This document shows positions 18,617 to 26,967 of a stretch of DNA of 53,274 nucleotides, piece by piece. The stretch's first letter is position 1, and each line of letters opens with the position of its first letter. This stretch comes from a virus. Its lineage: Duplodnaviria > Caudoviricetes. The notes below the pieces were generated by a model. That model had not been told where the DNA came from. It saw only the letters and a list, made by a program, of their open reading frames with translations, and made no database searches. The stretch spans positions 1 through 53,274 of IMG/VR virus record IMGVR_UViG_3300011437_000003; one strand, 5' to 3'. A program made the translations under genes and the position numbers.

Positions 18617-19752
18617 TACGTCTTCTCAGCGACGATGATGTCGCGGTAGAGCGGGCGCCATGTTCCGTCGCTCGCGATCGGCGGCGAGGTCGCTCCGCTG
18701 AGGTCGGGGTCGGGTGTCCCGGTCAGCAAGACGCCGACCGGCGCCTCTTGGTACCCTACCGCGTTGTTGTTCACGACGGTGAAGACGCTCGCGCTGGCGC
18801 CGGGAGTCCACGCTGAGGTCTTCGCGATGAAGCCTTGAGTGGCGCCGTCGCTCCCAGCGACCGGGGCATCGTGCTGGTGCGCGCCGAGAGTATGCGTATG
18901 CGAGGACATCGTGATCCCGGTCAGCGTCCACGAACCACCGTCAGCTCGGGCCCCCACAACGAGGCGGAGCGCCCGGTCATCGAGCGTTCCAGTGACATCG
19001 CGGGTCCACCCGGCTGGCGCCGTGTCGTTGTCGAAGAAGAGGCGGGTCCCCGGCGGGAACGCTGACCCGCCGATGTCGTCGAGCATCGCGAACGTGCCGT
19101 CTTTGTCGGGGTAGGTCTGCGTGCGCGTCGTCGTCACGCCGCTTGCGAGGATCAGCGGGAAGTTCGCCGGATCGAAGCGGAACCGTACCGCGAGCACGGG
19201 TTGGTCTTCGTCTCCGGTGTTCTCGGAGATTTCGAGGCTTCCCGCGTTCTCGCGGATGAACATGTCGACGCCGAGCGTTTCGGTTCCGAGCAGACGCACG
19301 TACGGATTGTTCGTGCGGTTCACGAGCGGGGAGAGCTGCCTCTCGTCGACCACCGCGGTGACGGAGCCGGCCGCCGTGGTCACCCTCATCAGGCGTACGC
19401 AGTCTGTCGGAAGCGGAAGGTCGACTACCGAGGTGAGGTAGTGGGTCCCGGCGACGCGGGTGAACCCGCCGAGGTTTCCGGCGGTGTCGGGACTAGCGAT
19501 CACCCACGTGGTGGAGTCGTCCGCGTAGGTGATGCTGCCGCCTTCGGTCGCGTAGAAGCCGCCGGGGAAGGCGCCCATGCCGACTGGCGTTGCGGTCAAC
19601 CCGGCGACCGTCCCGTGAAGCCCGCCCCCCGCCACGAAGCTCTGGAACATCAGGACGAAACGGTCGGCGTCCTCGCTCCGCAAGAAGGTCTGGAGCGCTT
19701 CGAGGAACGCCGAGCCGGCTTCGGGGATCGGGTTGACGGTTTGCGTGGTCAT
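18616..19752 (-). CDS. Tail fibre protein (no signal peptide)
   Basis: FPPGTRLFF...APAGWT collar motif, HTH/HQH metal-binding tip motifs, WRPLYRDIIVAEK C-terminus. Confidence 0.8.
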   Translation of the reverse strand: MTTQTVNPIPEAGSAFLEALQTFLRSEDADRFVLMFQSFVAGGGLHGTVAGLTATPVGMGAFPGGFYATEGGSITYADDSTTWVIASPDTAGNLGGFTRVAGTHYLTSVVDLPLPTDCVRLMRVTTAAGSVTAVVDERQLSPLVNRTNNPYVRLLGTETLGVDMFIRENAGSLEISENTGDEDQPVLAVRFRFDPANFPLILASGVTTTRTQTYPDKDGTFAMLDDIGGSAFPPGTRLFFDNDTAPAGWTRDVTGTLDDRALRLVVGARADGGSWTLTGITMSSHTHTLGAHQHDAPVAGSDGATQGFIAKTSAWTPGASASVFTVVNNNAVGYQEAPVGVLLTGTPDPDLSGATSPPIASDGTWRPLYRDIIVAEKT

Positions 19753-19759
19753 GCGCGAG

Positions 19760-20047
19760 TTACTTCTTCGGCTCCACCACCGCCGGCTTCGCGGGCGGCA
19801 CAGGCACCGGCTTCAGTTTCGCCAGCTCTATTTCCAGCGTCTTGATCCGGGCCGCCGCTTCGTCGAGCTGGACGCCGAGGCTCGCGTTGCGGACGTCGCA
19901 CTGGTTGCGCTCCCCGCCGACGTTGTTGCTGTAGCGGAGGGCGAGCTTGAGCTGATCCTCGCACGACGCCGGAGGCTGCGGCTGCGCCGACACGACCGAC
20001 GCGGTCGCCACGAACAGAATCCCTGCCAATCCGAGCCGAGTTCGCAT
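19760..20047 (-). CDS. Exported/membrane coiled-coil protein (i-spanin-like candidate)
   Basis: RBS GGAGG; MRTRLGLAGILFVATASVVSA|Q, two Cys, coiled coil, Pro-rich tail. Confidence 0.55.
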   Translation of the reverse strand: MRTRLGLAGILFVATASVVSAQPQPPASCEDQLKLALRYSNNVGGERNQCDVRNASLGVQLDEAAARIKTLEIELAKLKPVPVPPAKPAVVEPKK

Positions 20048-20067
20048 GGTTCCTCCAGTCACAGGGT

Positions 20068-20223
20068 TCACGGCACGTGCGCTTTCGAGGGCGCAGGCGC
20101 TGGCGAGGACTCATTCATCCGGTACAGCGCCGGACAGAAATCCCCGGCCAGCATCACGTTGCAGAACGGGTTGAGAGCCGAGCAGCCACCCAACGTCAGC
20201 GCGAAGACGGCCGCTCGCCACAC
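20068..20223 (-). CDS. Small lipoprotein (o-spanin-like candidate), 51 aa
   Basis: MWRAAVFALTLGG|CSALNPFC...FC; lipobox LGGC; Pro-rich tail; not in the ORF track. Confidence 0.55.
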   Translation of the reverse strand: MWRAAVFALTLGGCSALNPFCNVMLAGDFCPALYRMNESSPAPAPSKAHVP

Positions 20224-20229
20224 CGGGTG

Positions 20230-20538
20230 CTACTCCGTGGTCTGCCCGACGCGCGGCGCCGCGTCCATCGCGTCCATGTCGTCCCGGAGCTGCGCGGAGC
20301 CGGCCTCCAGCGCGGCCAGGAGGTCCGCCTTGGCCTGCTCCGTCTGCGCCGGGGTCATCTTGCCGAACCCGGACACGATGCTGTCGATGTTGGCCTTCAC
20401 CTTGTCGAACAGGTTGACGCCCTTCTCGGCCAGTTCCTTGACGCTCTCCGTGATGTCGGGGATCTCCCCCTTGGCCTTGCCGAGGAGATCCGAGATGATC
20501 GTCCCGAGGTTCGTCAGCGAGCTGAGATCGAGGGCCAT
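20230..20538 (-). CDS. Amphipathic helical hypothetical protein
   Basis: RBS AGGAGG; 102 aa. Confidence 0.65.
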   Translation of the reverse strand: MALDLSSLTNLGTIISDLLGKAKGEIPDITESVKELAEKGVNLFDKVKANIDSIVSGFGKMTPAQTEQAKADLLAALEAGSAQLRDDMDAMDAAPRVGQTTE

Positions 20539-20547
20539 GGTGTCCTC

Positions 20548-20970
20548 CTACCGCATCTTCTGGTTGAGGTCGCTGCGGAGCCTGCTGATCGCGGCGTCGA
20601 CCGCGCCTTGCGCCGTGTCGCGCGAGGGCCCCAGCGCCATGCCCTTGACGAACTCCAGCTGGTTCCCCGCCTCGCGGTAGCGGATGCGGAACACGCCGTC
20701 GAAGGCGTCCCAGGCGTTGCACGTCGGCTGGTCGATGGTGCGCGTCGCTGCGGTGCAGCCCTTGAAATACTTCGCGGCGGTTTCACCGTGGTCCACCCGG
20801 ATCTCGTGCATCTGCTTGTCGGCGGCGAGAACGGCCTTGCCAGCGACGAGCACGGCCTGATCCGCCGGGGTGGCGGCCTGCTTCTCGCCGGTGAGCGAGG
20901 CGCAGCCGGTGAGCGCACCGACCGCGACGGCCAGGAACAGGAACAACACGAGCTTACGGGAGTTTCGCAT
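20548..20970 (-). CDS. Lipoprotein
   Basis: MRNSRKLVLFLFLAVAVGALTG|C lipobox; internal Cys pair. Confidence 0.75.
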   Translation of the reverse strand: MRNSRKLVLFLFLAVAVGALTGCASLTGEKQAATPADQAVLVAGKAVLAADKQMHEIRVDHGETAAKYFKGCTAATRTIDQPTCNAWDAFDGVFRIRYREAGNQLEFVKGMALGPSRDTAQGAVDAAISRLRSDLNQKMR

Positions 20971-21295
20971 CAGAACCTCCAGTCGGAATGGACACGCCTA
21001 CGCTCAACGCTGCGGGCGTCGGGTTGTTCTGCACCACGCCGGTTGGCGTGACGGTCGTGACTTGGACCTCTTCGCCCTTGAGGCTTGCGGTGTCGGCCGG
21101 GGTCGCCTTCAGGGCTTGTTGTACTGTTCGGGCGAACGCAGCCACCATGCCCGCAACGATGGCGATGACCGTGATTCTGTTCATCGCGGCACTGTCGATC
21201 GAAATGGCGGCCATCAACGAGGCGTAGCCCGCAAGGATCGCATCGGTGAACGCGCTGATGATGAGCACGGTCCAGGCGCTTTTCCAGTTGCTCAC
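20954..21295 (-). CDS. Holin-like membrane protein
   Basis: Two hydrophobic segments, 113 aa, in a membrane-protein cluster. Confidence 0.5.
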   Translation of the reverse strand: MSNWKSAWTVLIISAFTDAILAGYASLMAAISIDSAAMNRITVIAIVAGMVAAFARTVQQALKATPADTASLKGEEVQVTTVTPTGVVQNNPTPAALSVGVSIPTGGSDAKLP

Positions 21296-21609
21296 AGAGC
21301 CGGTGCCTCTCGTGGCCGGGCCTCACCGCTCCGAACGCCTTCTTCCCGCGCGAGCAGGAGATCCTTGGCGGTGGACGCCAACAGCTCGGCCGCTGCCTGC
21401 GCTTCGACCCGCATGGCTTCGCGTCCCGCCGCGAACGCCGCGTTGGTCGAATCCGCTATCATCTTGTCCATACGAGAGTTGATGTGGATTTTCAGGTCGA
21501 CGACAGCCTCCGAACCCTTCCTGAGTTGGCGGCTAATGAGCCCAAGGAGCGCCGCGACAACCACGCCGAGCGCGGAGACAACCGGGCCCCACGAGATTGA
21601 CTCGATCAT
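21292..21609 (-). CDS. Single-TM membrane protein (holin/antiholin-like)
   Basis: ATG 21609; WGPVVSALGVVVAALLGLI followed by HINSRMD and a helical tail. Confidence 0.55.
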   Translation of the reverse strand: MIESISWGPVVSALGVVVAALLGLISRQLRKGSEAVVDLKIHINSRMDKMIADSTNAAFAAGREAMRVEAQAAAELLASTAKDLLLAREEGVRSGEARPREAPAL

Positions 21610-21758
21610 TCGACCCACAACCAGCACTGCGAGGTCGTGGTGATGAGCGCTTCGAGCGCCTGTTCCGCGCGCGTGGAGTAGAAGTGCGACGCCTGCGCGG
21701 GCAGGGCACCCGCCAGTAGGACAAGGGGAAGGACTACTGTCATCCACAGGCGCCGCAC
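21606..21758 (-). CDS. Small exported peptide (50 aa)
   Basis: MRRLWMTVVLPLVLLAGALPAQA|S; stop overlaps the next ATG (ATGA). Confidence 0.5.
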   Translation of the reverse strand: MRRLWMTVVLPLVLLAGALPAQASHFYSTRAEQALEALITTTSQCWLWVE

Positions 21759-21760
21759 GC

Positions 21761-22147
21761 TCAACCCTCCCGGATCAGAAACGTCAGCGTAACGAGGGTG
21801 TCCGACGTGACGTTCAGCTCAGTGACGAGGAACTTGACCCACGGCGCGAGGAAGTTCGGCAGCGAGACCGCGAAGACGCCCTCCGGCGTCGGGAAGTCCG
21901 TCACGGACGCGGCCACGAGGTCCGCGTAGTCCGAGAACGCGCCGAAGGTCACGCCGTCTTCGGAGATCGCACATTCCACCTTGACGGACGGGACCGCCGA
22001 GAGCACCGAGGTGACCCCCATGATGAGGGATTCGGCACGGGTTGCGAACCGAAGCGGGATGGCCGGAGAGGTGAGGGTCCCGGCCTGCGTGATTGCCGCA
22101 GCGGTCCAGATGTGAAACGGAACGAGCCGTTCCATCACAGGGGGCAT
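21761..22147 (-). CDS. Virion structural protein (beta-sandwich)
   Basis: VKVECAISEDGVTF motif; beta-rich 128 aa. Confidence 0.6.
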   Translation of the reverse strand: MPPVMERLVPFHIWTAAAITQAGTLTSPAIPLRFATRAESLIMGVTSVLSAVPSVKVECAISEDGVTFGAFSDYADLVAASVTDFPTPEGVFAVSLPNFLAPWVKFLVTELNVTSDTLVTLTFLIREG

Positions 22148-22150
22148 GCG

Positions 22151-22273
22151 TTACCTCGGCTTTCCGCGCTGCGGTTTCGGGCGCACCGGGGACCCCGGCT
22201 TCCCCGGCCGCCGCATCGGAACGGTCGGCCAGAGATTCGCGTTGATCTCCCGGGACGTCGGACGAGGGGTCAC
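22151..22273 (-). CDS. Small basic Pro/Arg-rich protein
   Basis: 40 aa ORF that fills the gap in the operon. Confidence 0.4.
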   Translation of the reverse strand: MTPRPTSREINANLWPTVPMRRPGKPGSPVRPKPQRGKPR

Positions 22274-22276
22274 GGG

Positions 22277-22483
22277 TTAGTAGTTCGAGGCGCCCGCGCC
22301 GTGACCCTGCGTCGCGCGATTGATACCGCCGCCCTTGCGCGGGTTCGAGCGCATCGACACGCCGTTGATCGGGCCGGGCTTGACCTTGGCCTTGGAGCCG
22401 GTCTTGCCCTGGCTGTAGTTGTTGTGCTCACGTCCCTTGATCGAGACGCCTCGGCCGCTTTCGCCGGAGCCCATGAAGCTCAT
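22277..22483 (-). CDS. Small basic Gly/Lys-rich protein
   Basis: 68 aa, RBS GGAGG. Confidence 0.55.
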   Translation of the reverse strand: MSFMGSGESGRGVSIKGREHNNYSQGKTGSKAKVKPGPINGVSMRSNPRKGGGINRATQGHGAGASNY

Positions 22484-22486
22484 CGT

Positions 22487-22699
22487 TCATCCTCCCTGTG
22501 GATTGGACGGTCGGGGACGGGTTGGCGCCATCTGCGGAGGCGCGGGCGCCGCGGGTACCGGAAGCGGGTTCTCCAGCGCGGTCACGCGGTCTTCGAGAAC
22601 GCCGATGCGGGGATCGCGCTCGGGTTTCTGGAGCGCCTTGAGGCGGGTCTCCAGCGCGTCGACTCGCTCCTCCAGTTCTTTCACCTCTTGCATCGCCAT
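22487..22699 (-). CDS. Small coiled-coil protein
   Basis: LEERVDALETRL heptads; RBS GGAGG. Confidence 0.65.
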   Translation of the reverse strand: MAMQEVKELEERVDALETRLKALQKPERDPRIGVLEDRVTALENPLPVPAAPAPPQMAPTRPRPSNPQGG

Positions 22700-22761
22700 A
22701 GAGCACCTCCCTGCACCGAGCCTCGCGAAATCCGAGGCAGTTTGTCAAGAAGTTCTTCGGG

Positions 22762-23373
22762 TTAGGCGCTCCGGGCGACCTCGTCGATGTACCAAGACGG
22801 GGCGTTGCTTTCGCGGAGGAACTCCAAGCGGGCGTCGCGCTCCATGGCCCCGCTCTTCGCCACGGTCGTCTTCCGCAGCATGGAGATCGCTTGCGCGAGC
22901 GCGTCTGCGAGGTCGAGGGTCGCGCCGGCTGGGAACGCCTCCAACTCCAGCCACAAGTCACGATGCGTCGGGTGCATGACGAGGCGGCCCGAGTTGATGA
23001 CGGGCTGGAGGATCGTCTCGGTGCGGGAGACCTTGTCGACGTTGGTGGGCATTTTCATCGGGAGAAGTGGAAGTCGCAAGAGGCGCTGTTTCGCTTCGCG
23101 CTGGAGCGCGTCGGCGTACAGCGATTGCATCGCGCTGGCGTCGATCCCGACGACGCGGAGTCCCGGGAAATCCTGCACGAGCTTGAAAATCCGGTCGGTG
23201 TGCGTAGTGGTCGAAACGCGGTCAGCCCAGGCGTGCAGCACGAAGATCCGGCTGATGGCGTCTTGGCCCACGACGACGTCGGCGCTCCGGGAGGAGGTGC
23301 GCTTGTGCTGGACGGCCTTCCCGGAAGCCGGGTCGATGAACGCGACGATATCGGTGAGGTCGCGGAGGGTCAC
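22762..23373 (-). CDS. terL: Terminase large subunit, stand-alone RNase H-like nuclease domain
   Basis: GTG start coupled to upstream TGA; IDPASG, VGID, DKVSR, ELEAFPAGATLDLADALAQA motifs of TerL C-terminal nucleases. Confidence 0.8.
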   Translation of the reverse strand: MTLRDLTDIVAFIDPASGKAVQHKRTSSRSADVVVGQDAISRIFVLHAWADRVSTTTHTDRIFKLVQDFPGLRVVGIDASAMQSLYADALQREAKQRLLRLPLLPMKMPTNVDKVSRTETILQPVINSGRLVMHPTHRDLWLELEAFPAGATLDLADALAQAISMLRKTTVAKSGAMERDARLEFLRESNAPSWYIDEVARSA

Positions 23374-23678
23374 GACGCCAGGCGCGGCCCGATCGCGCCG
23401 TGCCGGAGTTTCCGGTGGATTCCGAATTCGTCCTGGAACATCGGCGTGTTCCGGTCCCCGAGGCTGAGCAACCCGGAGACACGCTCGAATTCCGCTTGCG
23501 GGACAAGGCTCCCGACGATGTAGTAGAGGTTGCCACAGGCGGAGCAGCGCGAGGCGCCAGGCTCCTGCGCGCAGCGGCCCCGGCACCGCGGGCACGTCTC
23601 GCACGGTGCAGAGAGGCGGTTCGACGAGGACGGGACCGGGAGCTGGGTCGACGAGGGAAGAAGGGCAGCCTTGGGCAT
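23370..23678 (-). CDS. Zn-ribbon protein inside the terminase locus
   Basis: CPRC...CSAC; TGATG and GTGA coupling. Confidence 0.6.
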   Translation of the reverse strand: MPKAALLPSSTQLPVPSSSNRLSAPCETCPRCRGRCAQEPGASRCSACGNLYYIVGSLVPQAEFERVSGLLSLGDRNTPMFQDEFGIHRKLRHGAIGPRLAS

Positions 23679-23788
23679 CAGGCGGCCTTCGGCCCGCACC
23701 GCGGGCAGACCCACCGGCCGTCGACCGCTTTCATCTCGTTGCGGCACCACCCGTGGGGGCAAAGCGGCGGACGGAGCGTCGTTTTCAT
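23678..23788 (-). CDS. Zn-ribbon microprotein (36 aa)
   Basis: MKTTLRPPLCPHGWCRNEMKAVDGRWVCPRCGPKAA; ATGA overlap with the ATPase stop. Confidence 0.55.
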   Translation of the reverse strand: MKTTLRPPLCPHGWCRNEMKAVDGRWVCPRCGPKAA

Positions 23789-25035
23789 CCCTGTCGGAGC
23801 CTCATGCGGCCCCCGGACTCGCCGGGACCGCTCCATTCGGTGCGTAGCCAGCCTTCGCGACCGGTTCCGGGGTGTTCGCCGGGCGAAACAGCGAAATTTG
23901 GGCGATTTTCCTCGCGCGCGGCCGGTTTTGCCCGCTCCGTGAGCACGAAATCGCGCGGATCGTCCCCGACGACGATATTTTCGCCTTCGAGAACGTACTG
24001 ACGGACCTCAGCCATGTCGAAAGCGGTGATCCCGGCCCCAATCGCGGTGTTGAGGTACAGAAACGGGAACAACACGCCGAATTCCGAGCGGAGCTGGTCG
24101 AATTTCGCGAGAGTGAACCCGCCCTCCGGGTAAATCGGCGTCCCGTGCTCGATCCCGGAGCGCAGCATGACGTCGACCGACTTATCGGAGTCCATGATGA
24201 AGCGGGCCCAGTCGTAAGCGGCCCACCGGGTCGTCGTCATGAACTCCAGGCATTCTGGTTTGTTGATGAGGGCCCGCGAGGTCACGTGCCACTGGATGGC
24301 GTCCTGCATCACGGCGGCGCTGTTTGCGGCGTCGCGGGTCGCGAGGTCGTCTTTGATGAGGATGCGCGGGTGGGCCCCGGTGATCGCCCCGCCGACGCCG
24401 ATCCCGCGGATTGTCGGGTCGGGGAGTTCCTCGCCGCGGTGATCGTGGCGGACGATCATCTCGGTTTCGTTCCACTTCTTGGAGGCGCGCGGGTTGTCCC
24501 AACAGACGTGGGGCCAGAGCGCACGGAAGATCGTGTTGCCTTCGAACACCGACTGCACGACCCGGAGCGCGTCGGAGGCCCGGTCGGCGGACTCCCCGGC
24601 GAGGACAATCGTGGTATCCCGACCGTCGAGACCCGCGATGTAGATGTTCGCGTCCTTCGGTTGGATGACCATGTGCGGGGTGAGGGCGTGGCCGATCAGC
24701 GTGGTCTTACAGTGCTCGCGGGGCATGAGCAGGAGCTTGCGGCGGAACTTCGTGAAGTCGAGGAGCCAGTTGCAAACTGGCGCGTGGAGCGTCCGGGTCA
24801 GGTAGGTCCGGCCCAGGACGCCCACCGCGAACGTGAACAGGTTGCGTTCGGCCTCCGCCTTGAACTGACCGACGAAGGCGCCGGTTCCGCCGGACGGGTC
24901 CGAGCCTGCTTGGCGTACCGCCCCGGTCTTACGGTCAACGATGATTTCGTCGTGGAGGGTTTCGGCGGTGGGCGCGTCGTCGGGCGGCGCGTCGGGAACG
25001 GCGAAGTCGGCGATCAGAGAGTCGAGGGTGTTCAC
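23785..25035 (-). CDS. terL: Terminase large subunit, ATPase domain only
   Basis: Walker A MPREHCKTT, GVGGAITGAH, Walker B ILIKDD, coupling motif TTRW, F..LYLN end of ATPase domain; no nuclease domain before the stop. Confidence 0.85.
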   Translation of the reverse strand: MNTLDSLIADFAVPDAPPDDAPTAETLHDEIIVDRKTGAVRQAGSDPSGGTGAFVGQFKAEAERNLFTFAVGVLGRTYLTRTLHAPVCNWLLDFTKFRRKLLLMPREHCKTTLIGHALTPHMVIQPKDANIYIAGLDGRDTTIVLAGESADRASDALRVVQSVFEGNTIFRALWPHVCWDNPRASKKWNETEMIVRHDHRGEELPDPTIRGIGVGGAITGAHPRILIKDDLATRDAANSAAVMQDAIQWHVTSRALINKPECLEFMTTTRWAAYDWARFIMDSDKSVDVMLRSGIEHGTPIYPEGGFTLAKFDQLRSEFGVLFPFLYLNTAIGAGITAFDMAEVRQYVLEGENIVVGDDPRDFVLTERAKPAAREENRPNFAVSPGEHPGTGREGWLRTEWSGPGESGGRMRLRQG

Positions 25036-25151
25036 CCGACTGTTGACCCGCACGTTCCGCGGCGGACGTTCGTAAGAGCGACGCAGATCCACGAGACACG
25101 GATGCCAACGGTGAGGCGTTGCATGGCGCTGTCGCAGAAGGGGCACTTCAC
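25032..25151 (-). CDS. Zn-ribbon-like microprotein (39 aa)
   Basis: MKCPFC...WIC...TCG; GTGA coupling on both sides. Confidence 0.5.
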   Translation of the reverse strand: MKCPFCDSAMQRLTVGIRVSWICVALTNVRRGTCGSTVG

Positions 25152-25498
25152 TTGCAGGCTTCCACGGCACGGCGCCAGCGCTGGTGCGCCGCGCGATCGT
25201 TCGGAGTCCAGACCCACCGCGAGAAAGGCCCGTCTTCGTCGAGGCGGGACATTGAGCCGGACGAACGGCGTTCCCACTCCCGCGAGGCCGCTAGGAGTTC
25301 GATGAGGTTGCAGGACAGTGGGACAGCCACCTCCTGGAAATCGCGGTCGACGTAGACTAAACCGCGCTGTATGATCTGTGCGCTCCCCACCGCCACGATA
25401 CACAGCATCATCACGGCCCACGTCACCACCGCGGCGAATGCGATGCACCGGCAGTCAGGGCAGGCCCAGCGGAAGCCGGCGTGTTGGCGGGTGGTCAT
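25148..25498 (-). CDS. Hypothetical membrane protein
   Basis: CPDC then a hydrophobic segment; coupled overlaps. Confidence 0.5.
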   Translation of the reverse strand: MTTRQHAGFRWACPDCRCIAFAAVVTWAVMMLCIVAVGSAQIIQRGLVYVDRDFQEVAVPLSCNLIELLAASREWERRSSGSMSRLDEDGPFSRWVWTPNDRAAHQRWRRAVEACK

Positions 25499-25776
25499 GC
25501 CTCGCCCTCCGCGCTGTCCCCAGCCGGCGGGGCCGGGACGCCCGCATCCCCCTCTGGCAAGAGGGTGGCCGGGGAGTTACCCCACTCCCGTCCCGCCACC
25601 CAGCTCACCGGACACACGAGGTCGTGAGCGTCAGCCGCTTCGTTCATTACGCGCTCGAATGCTTCGCGGGTCAGGTCTTGCGCACGCTGCTGTGCCACGA
25701 GCTGGCCGCAGCGCGTGCAGTGGTCTTGGACCATGCTCCACGACTGATACAGGGCCCACAATTCGTCGGAGATCAT
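25495..25776 (-). CDS. Hypothetical protein
   Basis: 93 aa; C-x2-C...H-x3-C. Confidence 0.55.
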   Translation of the reverse strand: MISDELWALYQSWSMVQDHCTRCGQLVAQQRAQDLTREAFERVMNEAADAHDLVCPVSWVAGREWGNSPATLLPEGDAGVPAPPAGDSAEGEA

Positions 25777-26261
25777 TCTGGCTCCGAAGGCGGGACGTCG
25801 ATCACGCCGCTCTGCGGCGAGGCCGCCGGCATCCCCGCGATCATCTGAGCCAGTTCGGTGCGGGAGAAGACGATCCGGTGAACGTGTTCGACTTCATTCT
25901 GCTGACGCTTGGCGAAGCGTTGCGTGCGGTCGAGGATCTCGGTGGCGGCGGTTACGCGGACCTTACGGTCGGCGGCGGCGCCGTCCCCACGGGTGTCCCG
26001 CACCTCGATGAGCGTGTGGACACTGTTCTCGGCCTCGGACTCGATCAGGCCGCCGACCCCGTCGAGGAAACGGCGGCGTAGTTCCGCGCGCATTTCGCCG
26101 AGCTGTGCCTGGAAGAGCGGAGAGGTTCGCATCGTGGAGATGTAGTTCTCGGCGAGCCCGAACTCTTCGGCGATCCGGACGTTGGTCCAGCCCCCGGCCA
26201 TGGCGAGGAGTACGAGGTGTCGGCGCTCGGTCCAGTTCTTGATCTGGTCATGGGTAGCCAT
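25773..26261 (-). CDS. terS: Terminase small subunit (N-terminal HTH)
   Basis: HTH TNVRIAEEFGLAENYIS, helical oligomerisation region, AATEILDR motif, upstream of TerL. Confidence 0.65.
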   Translation of the reverse strand: MATHDQIKNWTERRHLVLLAMAGGWTNVRIAEEFGLAENYISTMRTSPLFQAQLGEMRAELRRRFLDGVGGLIESEAENSVHTLIEVRDTRGDGAAADRKVRVTAATEILDRTQRFAKRQQNEVEHVHRIVFSRTELAQMIAGMPAASPQSGVIDVPPSEPE

Positions 26262-26268
26262 CAGCGAC

Positions 26269-26454
26269 TCAGCAGACGTTGATCCACGGATCGAGCGTTT
26301 CGTCGGGATCGACGTGGTTTAGTGACAGCACTTGAAAGGCGCGTGACGGAACGTCGATGATCTGCCCAGGCGTCAGCGTATTCGGCCACACGATGGTATC
26401 GTCAAGGCGCACGATCCATATTGGGTTACGCCGCAGCAGTTCCGAGGCGCCCAT
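26269..26454 (-). CDS. Hypothetical protein
   Basis: 61 aa, RBS GGAGGG. Confidence 0.55.
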   Translation of the reverse strand: MGASELLRRNPIWIVRLDDTIVWPNTLTPGQIIDVPSRAFQVLSLNHVDPDETLDPWINVC

Positions 26455-26552
26455 CTCGCCCTCCGTGCGTGCGGGGCCCCCAACCCGGAGGACTCGACCA
26501 ACCGCCCCCGGAAGGCCGAGCGGAGAGGCCGGGGGCCCCGCTGCTGGAGCGG

Positions 26553-26581
26553 AATGTAACGTGGAAGACGCGGTGTGTCAA
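26553..26581 (-). promoter_or_regulatory. Sigma70-like promoter for the packaging/late operon
   Basis: TTGACA-17 nt-TACATT on the minus strand, followed by a leader with a GCGGGGCCCCC/GGGGGCCCCGC stem. Confidence 0.7.
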
Positions 26582-26640
26582 GGGAATTGTGGTGGGGCGG
26601 GAGTGGGGTACTACCTGTGGGGGTGCGGCCCTCTATCGCG

Positions 26641-26865
26641 TCAGCGGCAGTTCAGTGGGTGCGTCTTCGGGCAGGGTGGCAGGTGCGCCTCGCGGAAGTC
26701 CACGCAGCCCGGGCACCGCAGCCCGGCCTGCACGCTACACCGTATTCCGTGACCGACGATGTGGTGGTCGCACATCAAAGTCACCGCGCGTAGCCACTTG
26801 GCAACAACAGCAGCGTACCGCCGGGTGGCCCGGGGCTTTCCGGCTTGGCGGGCACAGCCACGCAT
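26641..26865 (-). CDS. Cys/His-rich hypothetical protein downstream of the tRNAs
   Basis: AAAGGAG RBS before ATG 26865. Confidence 0.4.
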   Translation of the reverse strand: MRGCARQAGKPRATRRYAAVVAKWLRAVTLMCDHHIVGHGIRCSVQAGLRCPGCVDFREAHLPPCPKTHPLNCR

Positions 26866-26883
26866 GGCGTGTCTCCTTTGGTG

Positions 26884-26959
26884 TGGTCGGGGTAGGGGGT
26901 TTCGAGCCGCCCGACCTCCCGCTCCCAAGGCGGGCGCTCTACCTCTGAGCTATACCCCG
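26884..26959 (-). tRNA. tRNA-Pro(TGG), atypical T-arm
   Basis: Acceptor CGGGGTA/TACCCCG plus encoded CCA; D-arm GCTC/GAGC; anticodon arm CCCGC-CTTGGGA-GCGGG. Confidence 0.9.
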
Positions 26960-26967
26960 ACGAAGTC

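Noticed and set aside
338-19752. Diversity-generating retroelement acting on the fibres
   Set aside because: No reverse transcriptase and no template/variable repeat pair differing at adenines was seen
23370-23788. Intron, intein or homing endonuclease interrupting terL
   Set aside because: No HNH, LAGLIDADG or GIY-YIG motif, no intein termini and no group I core recognised; the interval is filled by two coupled ORFs
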